DNA of 63,035 bases, counting the filler, from Octopus bimaculoides (taxonomy: Eukaryota): the NCBI RefSeq assembly GCF_001194135.2. It is 8 parts of 8 records of this genome, joined end to end, with 100 filler letters (N's around TTAATTAATTAA, not from the genome) between each part and the next. Parts side by side here need not be neighbours in the genome. Positions count along the whole stretch, not along the records: positions 30,305 to 53,068 come from NC_068983.1; 7 more parts are not named here. One strand, given 5' to 3'. Under the pieces are notes generated by a model. That model did no database searches. It was not told where the DNA came from and was given only the letters and a program-made list of their open reading frames with translations. Below, piece after piece: positions 40,452 to 52,832 of this stretch. Positions within the stretch are counted from its first letter, which is position 1, and each line of letters starts with the position of its first letter. The position numbers were made by a program, and so were the translations under genes.

Positions 40452-40760
40452 TCAAGTACAAATCTGATTTATCTTCAATTTCTGATTTGATCTTATTATA
40501 CGATGTATATGATCGGAGCAGTGGTGAAGGTAAATGTGGGCTGACGTGGGCTTGACAAATAACTCTGTTACTATTCTGCCACCAGAAAACTTAACTTTTG
40601 TGTCCAAAAACTCAACACAAGTTTTTGAAAAACTAAACGTAAGTTTTATATTGGACTTAAAGCCATAGTTTTTCGCGTAACAGTCACAGAATTGCAGGAA
40701 GTTAACTAAACTGTCCTCTGATTCTTTCCCAGACGAAAAATAATAAATAAATAACGTCAG
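40452..40760 (-). mobile_element. Penelope-like element RT fragment
   Basis: SLVNFLQFC..IKLTFSFSKTCVEFLDTKV..IVTELFVKPTSAHIYLHHCSDH..INQICT matches the PLE RT palm/thumb pattern. Confidence 0.85.
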
Positions 40761-41815
40761 CAATGAACCGCAACTAGAGTATCGGTTCATGACTATGCAG
40801 GGATTTCAATGTCTTTAACAATAGAGACACGAATTTCGTTTGGTGGTAAAATCTTTGGTCAAAACTTCGTTGTTACTTTGTAACACAAACTTCAATAACT
40901 TACAGAGAAAATTACATGGAATATTATTGTTTGACCATTTTTCAAAGACAAACTATGAAAATGAAACAGGTTGATAGTTTTACATGGTATTTCAACATTT
41001 CAGGCTTAGATCTCCTTTCTCAGAAAATCTTTACTAACTCTTCACAGACTTCTCCGTGCTCACATGGAGGTCAGCGGATAGCAAAGAGTAAAATTGTTTT
41101 TCAAAAGACTTCCTGAGGAAAAATACCTAACCTCGAAATATTGAAATTTTCAGGCGAAATTATCAACTTGTTTCAATTTACAACTTGTCTAGTTTTGGTC
41201 TCTATATATATAACATGTAAATCTGTGGTAGTGAATAGAATATTTGCTGTAGCCCATCCTTTATACCAAGACAAAACAATGTACATGGTAACACTTGCAA
41301 TCAGTTAAGATCAGAAGCCATGAGAGCCACTACGTGGTACTGCCAACTGCTTTAACAACATCATTATTATGTTAATGATGTTGTTGTCAGGAACAACGTC
41401 GACTTTATCATCAGGAACATCCCCATCGCCCTTATCATTATACACAGTCATCATTATCATTATAAATGTCGCCAGATTATCATCTTCGTCATTAACTTCA
41501 ACATATTCATATTTTTACTCTTACTCTTATTGGCGTTGCAGTTGTATTTTGTTTCTTTTTTTCATATATATNNNNNNNNNNNNNNNNNNNNNNNNNNNNN
41601 NNNNNNNNNNNNNNNNNNNNNNNNNNNNNNNNNNNNNNNNNNNNNNNNNNNNNNNNNNNNNNNNNNNNNNNNNNNNNNNNNNNNNNNNNNNNNNNNNNNN
41701 NNNNNNNNNNNNNNNNNNNNNNNNNNNNNNNNNNNNNNNNNNNNNNNNNNNNNNNNNNNNNNNNNNNNNNNNNNNNNNNNNNNNNNNNNNNNNNNNNNNN
41801 NNNNNNNNNNNNNNN

Positions 41816-41855
<40 letters not shown>

Positions 41856-43204
41856 CCTGATTATAGTGGACCTGATCAACGAATATATTAGAATAAATAT
41901 ACTGATTACTTTTCTATTGGAGGTAGATATAGTAATTACATTTTCTGTGGATTATAATCTAGAGGCCTCGAAAATCTGAGATGACTGCATGATTGAATAT
42001 TTGATTGAACTTTTATCATCTTTGTATGTCAATGTGTATCATTAACCGAGTTTCTTTATAAACTGTTTTCAATTCAAAAATAGGGAATGCATACTGCATT
42101 TACTAACGATTATTTGATTATCTACTTGAAGAATTTCATTTCCCATCACCATCTATTCAATGGTTTCTCATAATTAGACCTAAGAGGTCAGATATGTTTT
42201 CAATGTTACATATATATTCAATCGCCCCCCCCCCACTTTTTTTATCACCGTTTAGACACAGATAAAAGGGCAGCAGCTAGAACTGTTTTCTTCTTCAAGG
42301 CTTGCGAGACTAGTTGGAAGAAAGGAAGAGTCAATCTTAATCTAGAAAATGGCTTGAATACTTGCAATAGAACGTACTTAGTGAATGAAACCCAAAGAGG
42401 CAGTGTTAAATTAAGCATTGAATACAAATAAATGCAACAACTAATCTAGAGTAGAAGACTGATGGAAACGTTGGTATGGTATTCGTTCCAGCTTGATGAA
42501 TTCATTTCGGTGATAACTTACATATTGTAGATTTAATCCACCTCCTGGTTTGACGTCACAACCTTGCGCCTTGGGTAACTTTAGCAGAAATTATTTTATT
42601 GTAAGCATTCAAAACAGATTCCGGTTTGAGAATATCTTCCTCCAACTCCTTCCACCAGTCTCACAGATACTGAAAAGAGTCATGAGTACCACCTTCCCTC
42701 CTGACAAAAAAGTTTACAAAAAAAACACATGAAATAATTGTGGTATAGAAAGTAATAAAATGGTAGATATGTCTTTATTGTCTTGCATGAACATTGTACA
42801 TATGTTGAAATGTGTCTCCCGAGATGTAGAAGTAAAAAATACGGAAGTGAAATATATATCACAGACCAGTTAGACGGGAAGTATAAAGTAGAATGTGAGC
42901 CAACTATGCTTTGTTATGTTGGTGTTAACATATTTTAAATGGAACTGATAATCAAGACCCTAATTAGAATTGCATCTACCTGAAGAAAAAAGGAAGCAAT
43001 AGTTCAATGAGTAATAATAATAATTTTAGCAAATGCAGGAGACAACCGCGCACATGTTTTGATGCTATTAAAAAAATAAAATATATTGCTGAAATTTTTA
43101 TATTTTTAAATATGAAAAAATATTTTACTATACTGAATCTATCTGAATTGGGCTCAAATTCAGTCATATACTTTTTGGTTTGATATGAAAATAAGAATGT
43201 AGTA

Positions 43205-43651
43205 CAGCTTACATTATTTACATTTGACGGATATTTGTCGTCCTCATCTTGTTTGTTGTTAACACAACGTTTCGGGTGATATACCCTCCAGCCTTCATCA
43301 GGTGTCTTGGGGAAATTTCGAAGCTGGGTTCTCATTTCTAAGGTATTTTTCGATGTTATTATTATTATTATTATTATTATTCAGGTCACTGCCTGGAATC
43401 GAACTCGGAATCTTGGGGTTAGTAGCCCGCGCTCTTGACCACTCCACCATTTGCCCGTGGGCAATAATGAAGAGAATTTTAGGGCTTATAAATCTAATAT
43501 TCTCCTATCTTTCCTTAACCGGTTCCCATATGCTGTTCATATCTGCACTCGGTCTGCTTACGAAGTTGTTGTGTCTTAGCATATGTGCTGCTTCTTTTAG
43601 TTTTCGTATTTTCCAGTGGTATTCTCTGTCTATTATTTTGACTTCACTCCA
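43205..43651 (-). mobile_element. 5'-truncated PLE: GIY-YIG C-terminus + terminal repeat (tRNA-like, (AAT)n, HHR)
   Basis: 43651-43505 encodes WSEVKIIDREYHWKIRKLKEAAHML..SRPSADMNSIWEPVKER*. Then a tRNA-like segment (43456-43385), (AAT)n and an HHR (43306-43261). Confidence 0.8.
43261..43306 (-). ncRNA. Minimal type I hammerhead ribozyme motif
   Basis: GACAC-CTGATGA-A-GGCTG..CACCC-GAAA-CG-T-T-GTGTT: intact core, palindromic AACGTT, 5-bp stem I, one stem II mismatch. Confidence 0.8.
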
Positions 43652-43735
43652 TAATTGCCCACGGGCATATGGCGTACTGGTTAAGAATGCGGGCTACTTA
43701 CCGCAAGATTTCGATTCCAGGTAGTGACCTGAATC

Positions 43736-43781
<46 letters not shown>

Positions 43782-43895
43782 TGACAACAACAACAACAAC
43801 AACATCGAAAAATACCTTAGGAATGAGAACCTAGGTTCGAAATTTCCTCAATACACCCGATGAAGGCTGGAGGGTATATCAGCCGAAACGTTGTG
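43652..43895 (+). mobile_element. Inverted copy of the PLE terminal repeat (tRNA-like head, (AAT)n, HHR)
   Basis: A-box TGGCGTACTGG, B-box-like TTCGATTCC, HHR TACAC-CCGATGA-A-GGCTG/CAGCC-GAAACGTT-GTG; homology stops 3 nt after the predicted cleavage site. Confidence 0.8.
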
Positions 43896-43990
43896 AACGC
43901 TAATTACATTGTTCTGTCGAATCAGAGCGGATTCTAATATTTGGAGACGTGTTTGTTGCCTGTTTATGCTATACTTATAATATATATGGA

Positions 43991-44029
<39 letters not shown>

Positions 44030-44147
44030 NNNNNNNNNNNNNNNNNNNNNNNNNNNNNNNNNNNNNNNNNNNNNNNNNNNNNNNNNNNNNNNNNNNNNNN
44101 NNNNNNNNNNNNNNNNNNNNNNNNNNNNNNNNNNNNNNNNNNNNNNN

Positions 44148-44178
<31 letters not shown>

Positions 44179-44179
44179 T

Positions 44180-44217
<38 letters not shown>

Positions 44218-44970
44218 CTGTGTTTGCCCCGCAACATCGATTGACAATCGATGTTGGTATGTTTACGTGCCCGTAACTTAGCGCTTCGGCAAAAGAGACC
44301 GAAAGAATAAGTCCTAAGGTCGATTTGTTCGACTAACGGTGGTGGTCTTGCATGGCCGCAGTCAAATGAATGAAACAAGTAAAATATATATATATCTATA
44401 CATAAGGGTAAGCATATTAAATGGTCGGAAACCACTATTGGGGACCCCTGTGAATAGGTTGGGAGCCATTGTCTCTGAAAGATAAAATAAAAACAAGTGT
44501 CCAGTAGGAAGAAGCGACAAATGTTTAAACTACTAAGTATCAACGGTTTAAGATAGTTGTCTCTTATTTAAGTCAATATATCTTTTATTTCGTTACATAA
44601 TAATACATTTTCATACAATTACAAATGAAATGTCAGTTAAAAAAATTATGGAAATATTTTACGAAGCCCAATGAATTAAAATTTTTAATTAAAATAACTC
44701 TGTGCCAGCAATAGAAACTGAAATGCGTTACAATATTTTATTAGCGACCACCACCATCGAAGATAAAGTTCAAGTTTTGGGAAATTAGGTAACTTTCACT
44801 ATCACAGAAGTTATCTGATGCAGTATTTCAAGCTGATAGGTTCTGGTTTCTGCTACGCCTTTTTTTTTTCACGTGAATTGGGTGACAAAAAGCCAACTTC
44901 ATGTACTGTATAAGGGTGGGAGGAGAGAGGAACACACTACAATTCTTTGTCTAGAATGACCTAATTACAT

Positions 44971-46252
44971 TTATATGCTTGAAATGATTCTTCTTTGTGC
45001 TACTATGCAGTCTAGTAAAGATATTAAAATGTCTTTTGGCCTGGATATATTCCAAAGAATGGTAATACTGACAAGGTAAACTGGCAAGTCAGTCTGAAGA
45101 TTTGAAACTCTGTCGATGGTACATAATACATAAGCTAGACAATTCCGCGTACTGTTAATACTTAAGCGTGATTGAATGTAAAATTGTGTGATGCAATAGG
45201 TGCAAATATTTTCAGAGAACAAAAATAAAATCTTTAAAATCTCATCAACATGGCAAAAATACCATTTTTGCAATACCAACTTTAACATGTTTCTGAGTGG
45301 AACGTAAGCTATCTGGCTTTTATTGACGGGAACACTAGAGTTCATGTGAAATGTCGTCATACAATGACTCTACATTCGAAGAGAAGCCAGTGGTAGATTA
45401 TTGAGTGACTTGGAGCAGTCTAAGAAACGGATATTAATGATGTTATTGCCGACAGTGAACGTACAAAGTAGTAAATCGATTAAATTCGTAACAATAATAT
45501 TTACAGATAAATTCGATTTCAAACAACTACGATATAAACTTAAGACAGCATCAGTTAATCACAAGATAATAGTAGATAAGATGAATATAGTGAACAATCA
45601 TGAAGGTATTCTTTTATAAATGATTTGGCCTGGAAGAAAATATCGAATCCATGACCTTTTCAGGCTTTTAGGAAATAGTAAAATTGACGGGCTGGATCTT
45701 CTTGAAAAAAAAAAATCCAGGTTGACGTTTCCAGAAAAACATGAACTGGACAGAGACTCGAGAGGATTACTTATCTGTCAAAACAGAACTGGGTGAACTA
45801 ATTTGTTCCAAACCTAGTGGTAGCAGTAGACACAATATGAGTGACAAAAGGAGAAGTATGTATATATTGGATGGTCCTGAGCGGAAGTAACAGCAGATTA
45901 ACTAGCTCCGAGGATTAGAGACCATTATAAAGCAGAAGAAGCAGTTTGAAGAAACGCCAATAATGTAGGTTAGAGGTTGGAGAGTGTTAGTTAGTGACGT
46001 CATATTTGGTCTAATTTGAGTGAGGTCTAAAAATATACGTATGAGCAACAAAATTAGTCCCTGCAGTAGTAATCTTTTATAGGTTTCAACTGAGCTTACA
46101 TTTACTTTCATGTTTAATAGAGACTTAATGTCGAATGCCTTACGTGTCCTAGTTTCAATGGAGAAACCGAAGCAGTATTCACTATTAGTGAGAGCATTCC
46201 TGCTAGAGATATTGCAAGAATGTATGCATAATACATGTAATATAGATACCAA
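44971..46252 (-). mobile_element. Highly degenerate PLE-like RT region
   Basis: Broken frames give ..ETYKRLL.., a degenerate MGS-like motif (KVMDSIFS), NIRFLDCS, FHMNSSVP and LQKWYFCHVDEILK, in PLE order; weak. Confidence 0.4.
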
Positions 46253-48810
46253 ATGTCAATTGTTCAGGAATTCCAACCACGTTCCGTAGTTCGCTACCTC
46301 AACAGGTCCTTTATAGGATCCACTGGCTAAAGGCATCATCAGGAGGACCCACGTTCGATTTCGACCCCTACTCCTCTACCGTTTTCGAAGTAGCGCTCCC
46401 TTCCTTTCGGAGGTGTCTTCAGCTCTGGTGTTGAATGTGTTTTTTTCTTTCTCCTTTTTTCTTTTGTTCTTTGGTTCCTTCGATGCAGCGTCAACGAATG
46501 TCAGCGGGCGAATGACCATCCCGCCCAATTTCCCTTTTTTTACTCGCCGGTAGGCTCCACCATACAGTACCAGCTGTCACGTGACTCTCTAAGCTTCAAC
46601 TGAGCAATGGACACCCACCTGACTTAGAAAATGGCAAGACGAAATTATTATAGAACTTTAGAATTCTAGTCAGATCACCATTTATCATCATACTCCATAG
46701 AAAAAATATATTGTACAAATAATCCTTTCTACTATAGGCACATGGCGGTAAATTAGGGGAAGGGATTAAGTCGATTACATCGACCCCAGTGCGTAACTGG
46801 TACTAATTTTATCGACCCCGAAAGGATGAAAGGCGTGACTGTGCGGTGAGAAGATTCCTTTCCAGTCGTATGGATCCTGGTCCAGACCCACTGCGTGGCA
46901 CCTTGGTCAAATGTGTGTGTGTTTGTGTTTGCCTCTGATTGTATGCTTGTATTTGTGCGTGCGCGCGCGTGTGTATCTGCTCCCCAGCCTCGTTTGACAA
47001 CTGGTCTTAGTGCGTTCATATCCTCGTAACCTAGCGGTTCGCAAAATTGAGCGATAAAATAAGTACCAGGTTAAAAACAAAAAGAAAGAAGTACTGGGGT
47101 CTATACGTTCGACTTAAAAATTCTTTAAGGAGATACTGCAGCATGGCCGCAGTCTAATGACTAAAACAAGAAAAAGAATAAATGACAATAATGTTGAATA
47201 GAAATTATCGGTGAAAGCTAAAAAATAACATTGGCTTCACTTTTAGATTTAAAACAGACATTAAAAAATGGTTGTACAGTCTTCTGTATCTGGTACCGCT
47301 GGAGGGAAACAATGAATTCTATAAAGATAGTAACAGATTAATTTTTTGTTTTAGATAATCATAGGTGCATTCCACAAAATAACAATGTTCGTGTTTGTAA
47401 TATATTGTTTGGAAATACGCAACATTAGTTAACTTTGCCCATGTCTTAAGAATGTTTTCCAAACTGTGCTTGATTTGTTTTCGATATAAGGAAGAAAACT
47501 CCTGTAGTTTTTTGTTGAAACTACGAGTTATCAAGATAAAAGTAATACGGTTAATAACAAAAATAATAAATACAATGGAATGAATAGTAAAAGTACAAGG
47601 GTTCGATTGCCCAAACAGCTATATTTGGAAGTGTTATACATACAAAATACATTTGTACTACACTACACACACACTCAGACTCAATGAAAGAGACATTCGA
47701 GATATAAGGCAGAAACTACAAAGATGTCAGACAAAAGAACTAAACTGAAGCACATTAACGTATACACGGACATGTATTATAATAAATGTAACGATAACAG
47801 AAATGAAAACAAAGAATTCGTACATAGAACACACAGCGAAAGTAAAATGAAAAATTGCACACACAAAACGGAGTAAGAAGATAAACTTCTATAAGCTAGA
47901 AGAAAGAGCGTTGCAGAATCTATCCCGCACAATATATAAAGTACAAAAAGAAAAAAAAACAAAACAGGATCCACCAGATATAAAAAAGGATATTTCAAAA
48001 CATCTCAGATCGAACAATGCATCATCTCGAAACAAGAACAAACGCAAAGAAAATGAGATAGGAAAACCCCTGAACAAAAAGGAAGATTAAAAGCGTCCCC
48101 ATGGAAATATCTAAACAAATTCCCAGTCACCCCAGAAATATACTCTCGATTCACACGCTTCTGTTTAAAAAATAAATTAAAATAAACAGAATAAAAGCAT
48201 ATACAATAATTTTAACTGATGGAAAAAAATTCATCAGAAACTATAAGAAAAAGAGATCCCAACAAAACCAATAAACATGGATCAATGGAAACACCCGCTC
48301 GGACTACGAATAAAGAATATCTTATGGAAACAATACCCAAATATAACATGGTCTTTTGAGAAATTCTATCGAAAGAAACAATCTAAGTATTGACAGTCTG
48401 AAGCACTTAATTTATTCAGTAGCCGTTACAGTATAGAGAGAAACCGATTGGATCGTAATCGAGCTGTTGTCTCCTCGGTTAAATCTAAAAATAAAGTAGC
48501 GGAGAAGGAAATATGTTATACATACTTGACTTTAAAAATGTGGTCGTGGTAGATTGTATCAGATAAATAGAAATAGAGAAATGTAATAAAATAGAGAAAT
48601 GTAATGTGGGAGAAATCTAAAGTGTAATACAAATATCAAAGGAAGTGACGTATCCTAGAATTGTTAAATTCAACAAATTTTGCTTTAGAAGCGTTGAGAT
48701 GTATTGCAAGATACAGATTAGGAAATAATTTTATTCTCAAACGCAGGATAATGCTAATAATAAAGCATGAACAGGATAAACTATCCATATCTTGCAGAAA
48801 AATTTATCCG

Positions 48811-48885
48811 CGGCCAGCCATGAGACTCGAACTCATATCCCTGTGACTACGCGTCCAGTGCTTTACCATTAAGCTAAACTGACCC
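48811..48885 (-). mobile_element. tRNA-like SINE head (pseudo-tRNA, CGT in anticodon position)
   Basis: D-arm GCTT/AAGC, T-arm ATGAG-TTCGAGT-CTCAT, acceptor GGTCAGT/GCTGGCC; non-canonical G33 and a bulged anticodon stem. Confidence 0.65.
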
Positions 48886-49112
48886 AACAGTAAATTCTTC
48901 AGCAAATCTAGGATATATAAATCTCGCTTTATAAGACGCTATCGTACGTTAAATTCAATTTACGTTGAAAGTCAACAAAGTTTGGTTTAGAAGCGTTGAT
49001 ATTTATCGAAAGATACAGAGAAGGAAATAATTTTATTTTCAAACACAGGATAATGCTAATAATATAACATGAACAGGATAAACTATCCATACTTTGCAGA
49101 AAATCTGCCGGC

Positions 49113-49181
49113 AGGTAGTTTAGCTTAATGGTAAAGCACTAGACGCGTAATCGCAGGAATGAGTTCGAGTCTCATTTGCTT
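49113..49181 (+). mobile_element. Second copy of the same tRNA-like head, opposite orientation
   Basis: tagtttagcttaatggtaaagcact.gacgcgta..atgagttcgagtctcat. Confidence 0.65.
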
Positions 49182-49190
49182 ATCTGTATC

Positions 49191-49237
<47 letters not shown>

Positions 49238-49244
49238 TAATAAC

Positions 49245-49294
<50 letters not shown>

Positions 49295-49295
<1 letters not shown>

Positions 49296-49505
49296 GTTTC
49301 TCTAAAAGAAATGGAAAAACTTTCAAAATACAAAGACCTGGAAATAAAGATAACTCGAATGTGGAATCTAAAAACAGAAACAATTCCTATCATAGTAGGT
49401 GCCTTAGGTATAATAAAAAAATATTCAGACAAATACATAACAAAAACACCAGGACTTACAAATATATATAACATACAGAAAATTGCACTACTGGGTACTG
49501 CACAC
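49295..49505 (+). mobile_element. R4/Dong-like LINE endonuclease C-terminus
   Basis: KEMEKLSKYKDLEIKITRMWNLKTETIPIIVGALG..IQKIALLGTAH, directly after (AAT)n. Confidence 0.85.
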
Positions 49506-50404
49506 NNNNNNNNNNNNNNNNNNNNNNNNNNNNNNNNNNNNNNNNNNNNNNNNNNNNNNNNNNNNNNNNNNNNNNNNNNNNNNNNNNNNNNNNNNNNNNN
49601 NNNNNNNNNNNNNNNNNNNNNNNNNNNNNNNNNNNNNNNNNNNNNNNNNNNNNNNNNNNNNNNNNNNNNNNNNNNNNNNNNNNNNNNNNNNNNNNNNNNN
49701 NNNNNNNNNNNNNNNNNNNNNNNNNNNNNNNNNNNNNNNNNNNNNNNNNNNNNNNNNNNNNNNNNNNNNNNNNNNNNNNNNNNNNNNNNNNNNNNNNNNN
49801 NNNNNNNNNNNNNNNNNNNNNNNNNNNNNNNNNNNNNNNNNNNNNNNNNNNNNNNNNNNNNNNNNNNNNNNNNNNNNNNNNNNNNNNNNNNNNNNNNNNN
49901 NNNNNNNNNNNNNNNNNNNNNNNNNNNNNNNNNNNNNNNNNNNNNNNNNNNNNNNNNNNNNNNNNNNNNNNNNNNNNNNNNNNNNNNNNNNNNNNNNNNN
50001 NNNNNNNNNNNNNNNNNNNNNNNNNNNNNNNNNNNNNNNNNNNNNNNNNNNNNNNNNNNNNNNNNNNNNNNNNNNNNNNNNNNNNNNNNNNNNNNNNNNN
50101 NNNNNNNNNNNNNNNNNNNNNNNNNNNNNNNNNNNNNNNNNNNNNNNNNNNNNNNNNNNNNNNNNNNNNNNNNNNNNNNNNNNNNNNNNNNNNNNNNNNN
50201 NNNNNNNNNNNNNNNNNNNNNNNNNNNNNNNNNNNNNNNNNNNNNNNNNNNNNNNNNNNNNNNNNNNNNNNNNNNNNNNNNNNNNNNNNNNNNNNNNNNN
50301 NNNNNNNNNNNNNNNNNNNNNNNNNNNNNNNNNNNNNNNNNCGGAAAACACTCGGCGAGAAATGGAAGAAAATTTGAAGAAAGAAGAAAAAAAAAAACAA
50401 CAAC

Positions 50405-50479
<75 letters not shown>

Positions 50480-50480
<1 letters not shown>

Positions 50481-51072
50481 AAGTTGTGGCGACACAACCA
50501 GGTAGCGAAAGTGCTACTTTGGAAACTGTGTGAAAAGTGGGGACTAGCGAGAGGAAATACGTGGTATGAGTACAGACCGCAGAGTGTAGCAGAGTCGGAG
50601 ATTAGCAAAATCCTCTGGGATTTCCCAATCCAAACAGATCGGATGCTAGAGCATAACACATGCTAGAGCATAACACATGCTAGAGCATAATAGTGGTGGT
50701 GGACAAGGTGCATTACGTATGCCCTTTTGACCCACGAATTGTAAAAAAGGAAGGCGAAAAGATAGATAGATACAACTATCTTAAGTACGAAACAGCCTGG
50801 CTATGGAAAATGAAGAAGGTGAAGATAGTGTCAGTTATTGTTGGGTCTTTGGGAACAGTGTCAGAAGGCATCAAGAGGAATATAAAGGAAATTTGGAATA
50901 GAGCGACCTGTTACAAAAGGTTTGCTGCCTTGGCACGGCCAGAATAATCAGGAAAGTATTAGATAGGTGGAAAGAACGAATAGCATGGTACTGTAGGCTG
51001 CAGGTAGCAAGCCCGCTATGCATGCATGACTCCAGGTGCTCCAGCAAAACCTGTGATAAAGAGCTGATAACT
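50480..51072 (+). mobile_element. R4/Dong-like LINE 3' end (second subfamily) flanked by (AAT)n on both sides
   Basis: RHNQVAKVLLWKLC..KILWDFPIQTD..PFDPRIVKKEGEKIDRY..VIVGSLG..GTARIIRKVL, then 3' UTR. Confidence 0.85.
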
Positions 51073-51081
51073 AATATTATT

Positions 51082-51136
<55 letters not shown>

Positions 51137-51750
51137 TCTCATTCGTTATCAATAACAAAATGCATAGAGAATAGACAGCAGAGCAACATCAAAATTATTC
51201 CAAACATACTAAGAAATAATATGGATCTAAAGTATATATATATCACAATATAAAGTATACACACTGGAGTAGAAAGAAAAAGAGTGATATATACAAATCA
51301 TGTGACTTTAACATTGGACATTTCGCTAATTATCTGTAATACAACAATGATCACTAGTAATTGGAGAGTTCCTAGAATTAAGAAATACTATTTTGGAGCT
51401 AAAGTACTTAATATACGCAATGCTGTTGCCACGACTTTTAGCGAAGTGAGACTTGAACCAAAGCATTCTAATGCTAAAAATATTATTTCATTCTCAAAAT
51501 TTTAAACTGCAGGAACTACCAAGCACCGGAGAATACCGAAATATAACGTGCCGTTACATGACCAACAAAAACAATATATGAATTTACCTGTGATATGTCA
51601 TGTGAAAATGTGTATAAAAATTAGATAAATGTACCAAGGCTACTTGTAAATGGAAGCAAATTAATTAAAATTCTATAAATTAAGTTAGTTTTAAAAACTA
51701 GAATTAGAAAATTAAGAGATAACCTTCTATTCATGTACTTTTGTACAGAT

Positions 51751-52030
51751 CAGTGGCTCCCAGGCTTGGTCGGGCTGCCGCTCCCTTGATACCCGGGCCA
51801 CATTCCTAGCGCCCCCACTACAACTCACCACCACAAACACAGACCATTTTCTGCACCACATTGAAAGCAACTGTATTTCATAAATAAACCTTAACCCATT
51901 ATTTTGTTGTTTTTACGGTCATCACCCCTTTTGGGCCACCTCATTATCGCCTCCCTTTTTTGTCAGCGCACCCTACTGGATCTTTCCATCGCCCCCGGAG
52001 GGGCTGTACCACCCAATTCTAGAAGCACTG
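51751..52030. mobile_element. Possible hAT MITE
   Basis: Ends CAGTGGCTCCCA / TAGAAGCACTG; no clean TSD. Confidence 0.4.
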
Positions 52031-52160
52031 CTTTAAATGATACTGATAAGATGCAGCGGTCAATCCGAACAGGCCGCTCCACTACTGTTTCCGCTTTGCG
52101 TGTAGCCGCATATAGCTCACATAACAAAACCCATATTTTGTCCAGCTGCTTTTTCCTCCG

Positions 52161-52250
<90 letters not shown>

Positions 52251-52689
52251 TATCTCATCAAATTCCACTATGTTGTATTCGTCTATTCCTAACAGCAGTG
52301 ATAGGAAATATAAACTCGTGTCATGGGGTTAATGATAGACCATTATCCGCAAAATTCGGACTATAGACACTAAATCCGCAGCGCAAAAGCATTCTCTGTG
52401 TAAAGAGAATTTATATTCTTTTAGATTTTAATTATTGCTGAGGTAAAGAATAAGCATTTCCACACCTAAAAAATAATATATTAATAAATAAAAACACAGT
52501 ACAGTACTACACAGTATAACACATTACCTAAAATATATTTTTAAAAAATACGTAGTGTACCGTAGATGTGTAAACAAAGTATAGCACATACTGTGTGAAT
52601 AACGAAAGTGCGTGGTGTTGTTCTGCATTTATAATAAAATAAATATATACAGATTATAAAAATGATAAAAAGAAATATAGAGTATAATA

Positions 52690-52765
52690 CTGTTTCTACT
52701 TCGCGGATTTTCACCTATCGCGGGGGGTTTGGAAAGTAACACTGGCGATTGCCGAGGGGTTACTG
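52690..52765 (+). mobile_element. Tigger-like MITE right end
   Basis: cgcggattttcacctatcgcgggg..gaggggttactg|TA terminus. Confidence 0.55.
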
Positions 52766-52789
52766 TATACATACATACATACATACATA

Positions 52790-52832
<43 letters not shown>

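Noticed and set aside
42250-42720. Unique-looking stretch with short open frames
   Set aside because: No consistent exon boundaries or known motif.
47990-48045. Minus-strand GAGATGA..GAAATATC motif
   Set aside because: Core is not CUGANGA and stem II does not abut GAAA.
47560-48400. A-rich region resembling a decayed LINE ORF
   Set aside because: No diagnostic motif could be identified.
48811-48885. Functional tRNA-Thr gene
   Set aside because: G33, a bulged anticodon stem and attachment to a repeated body indicate a SINE head.
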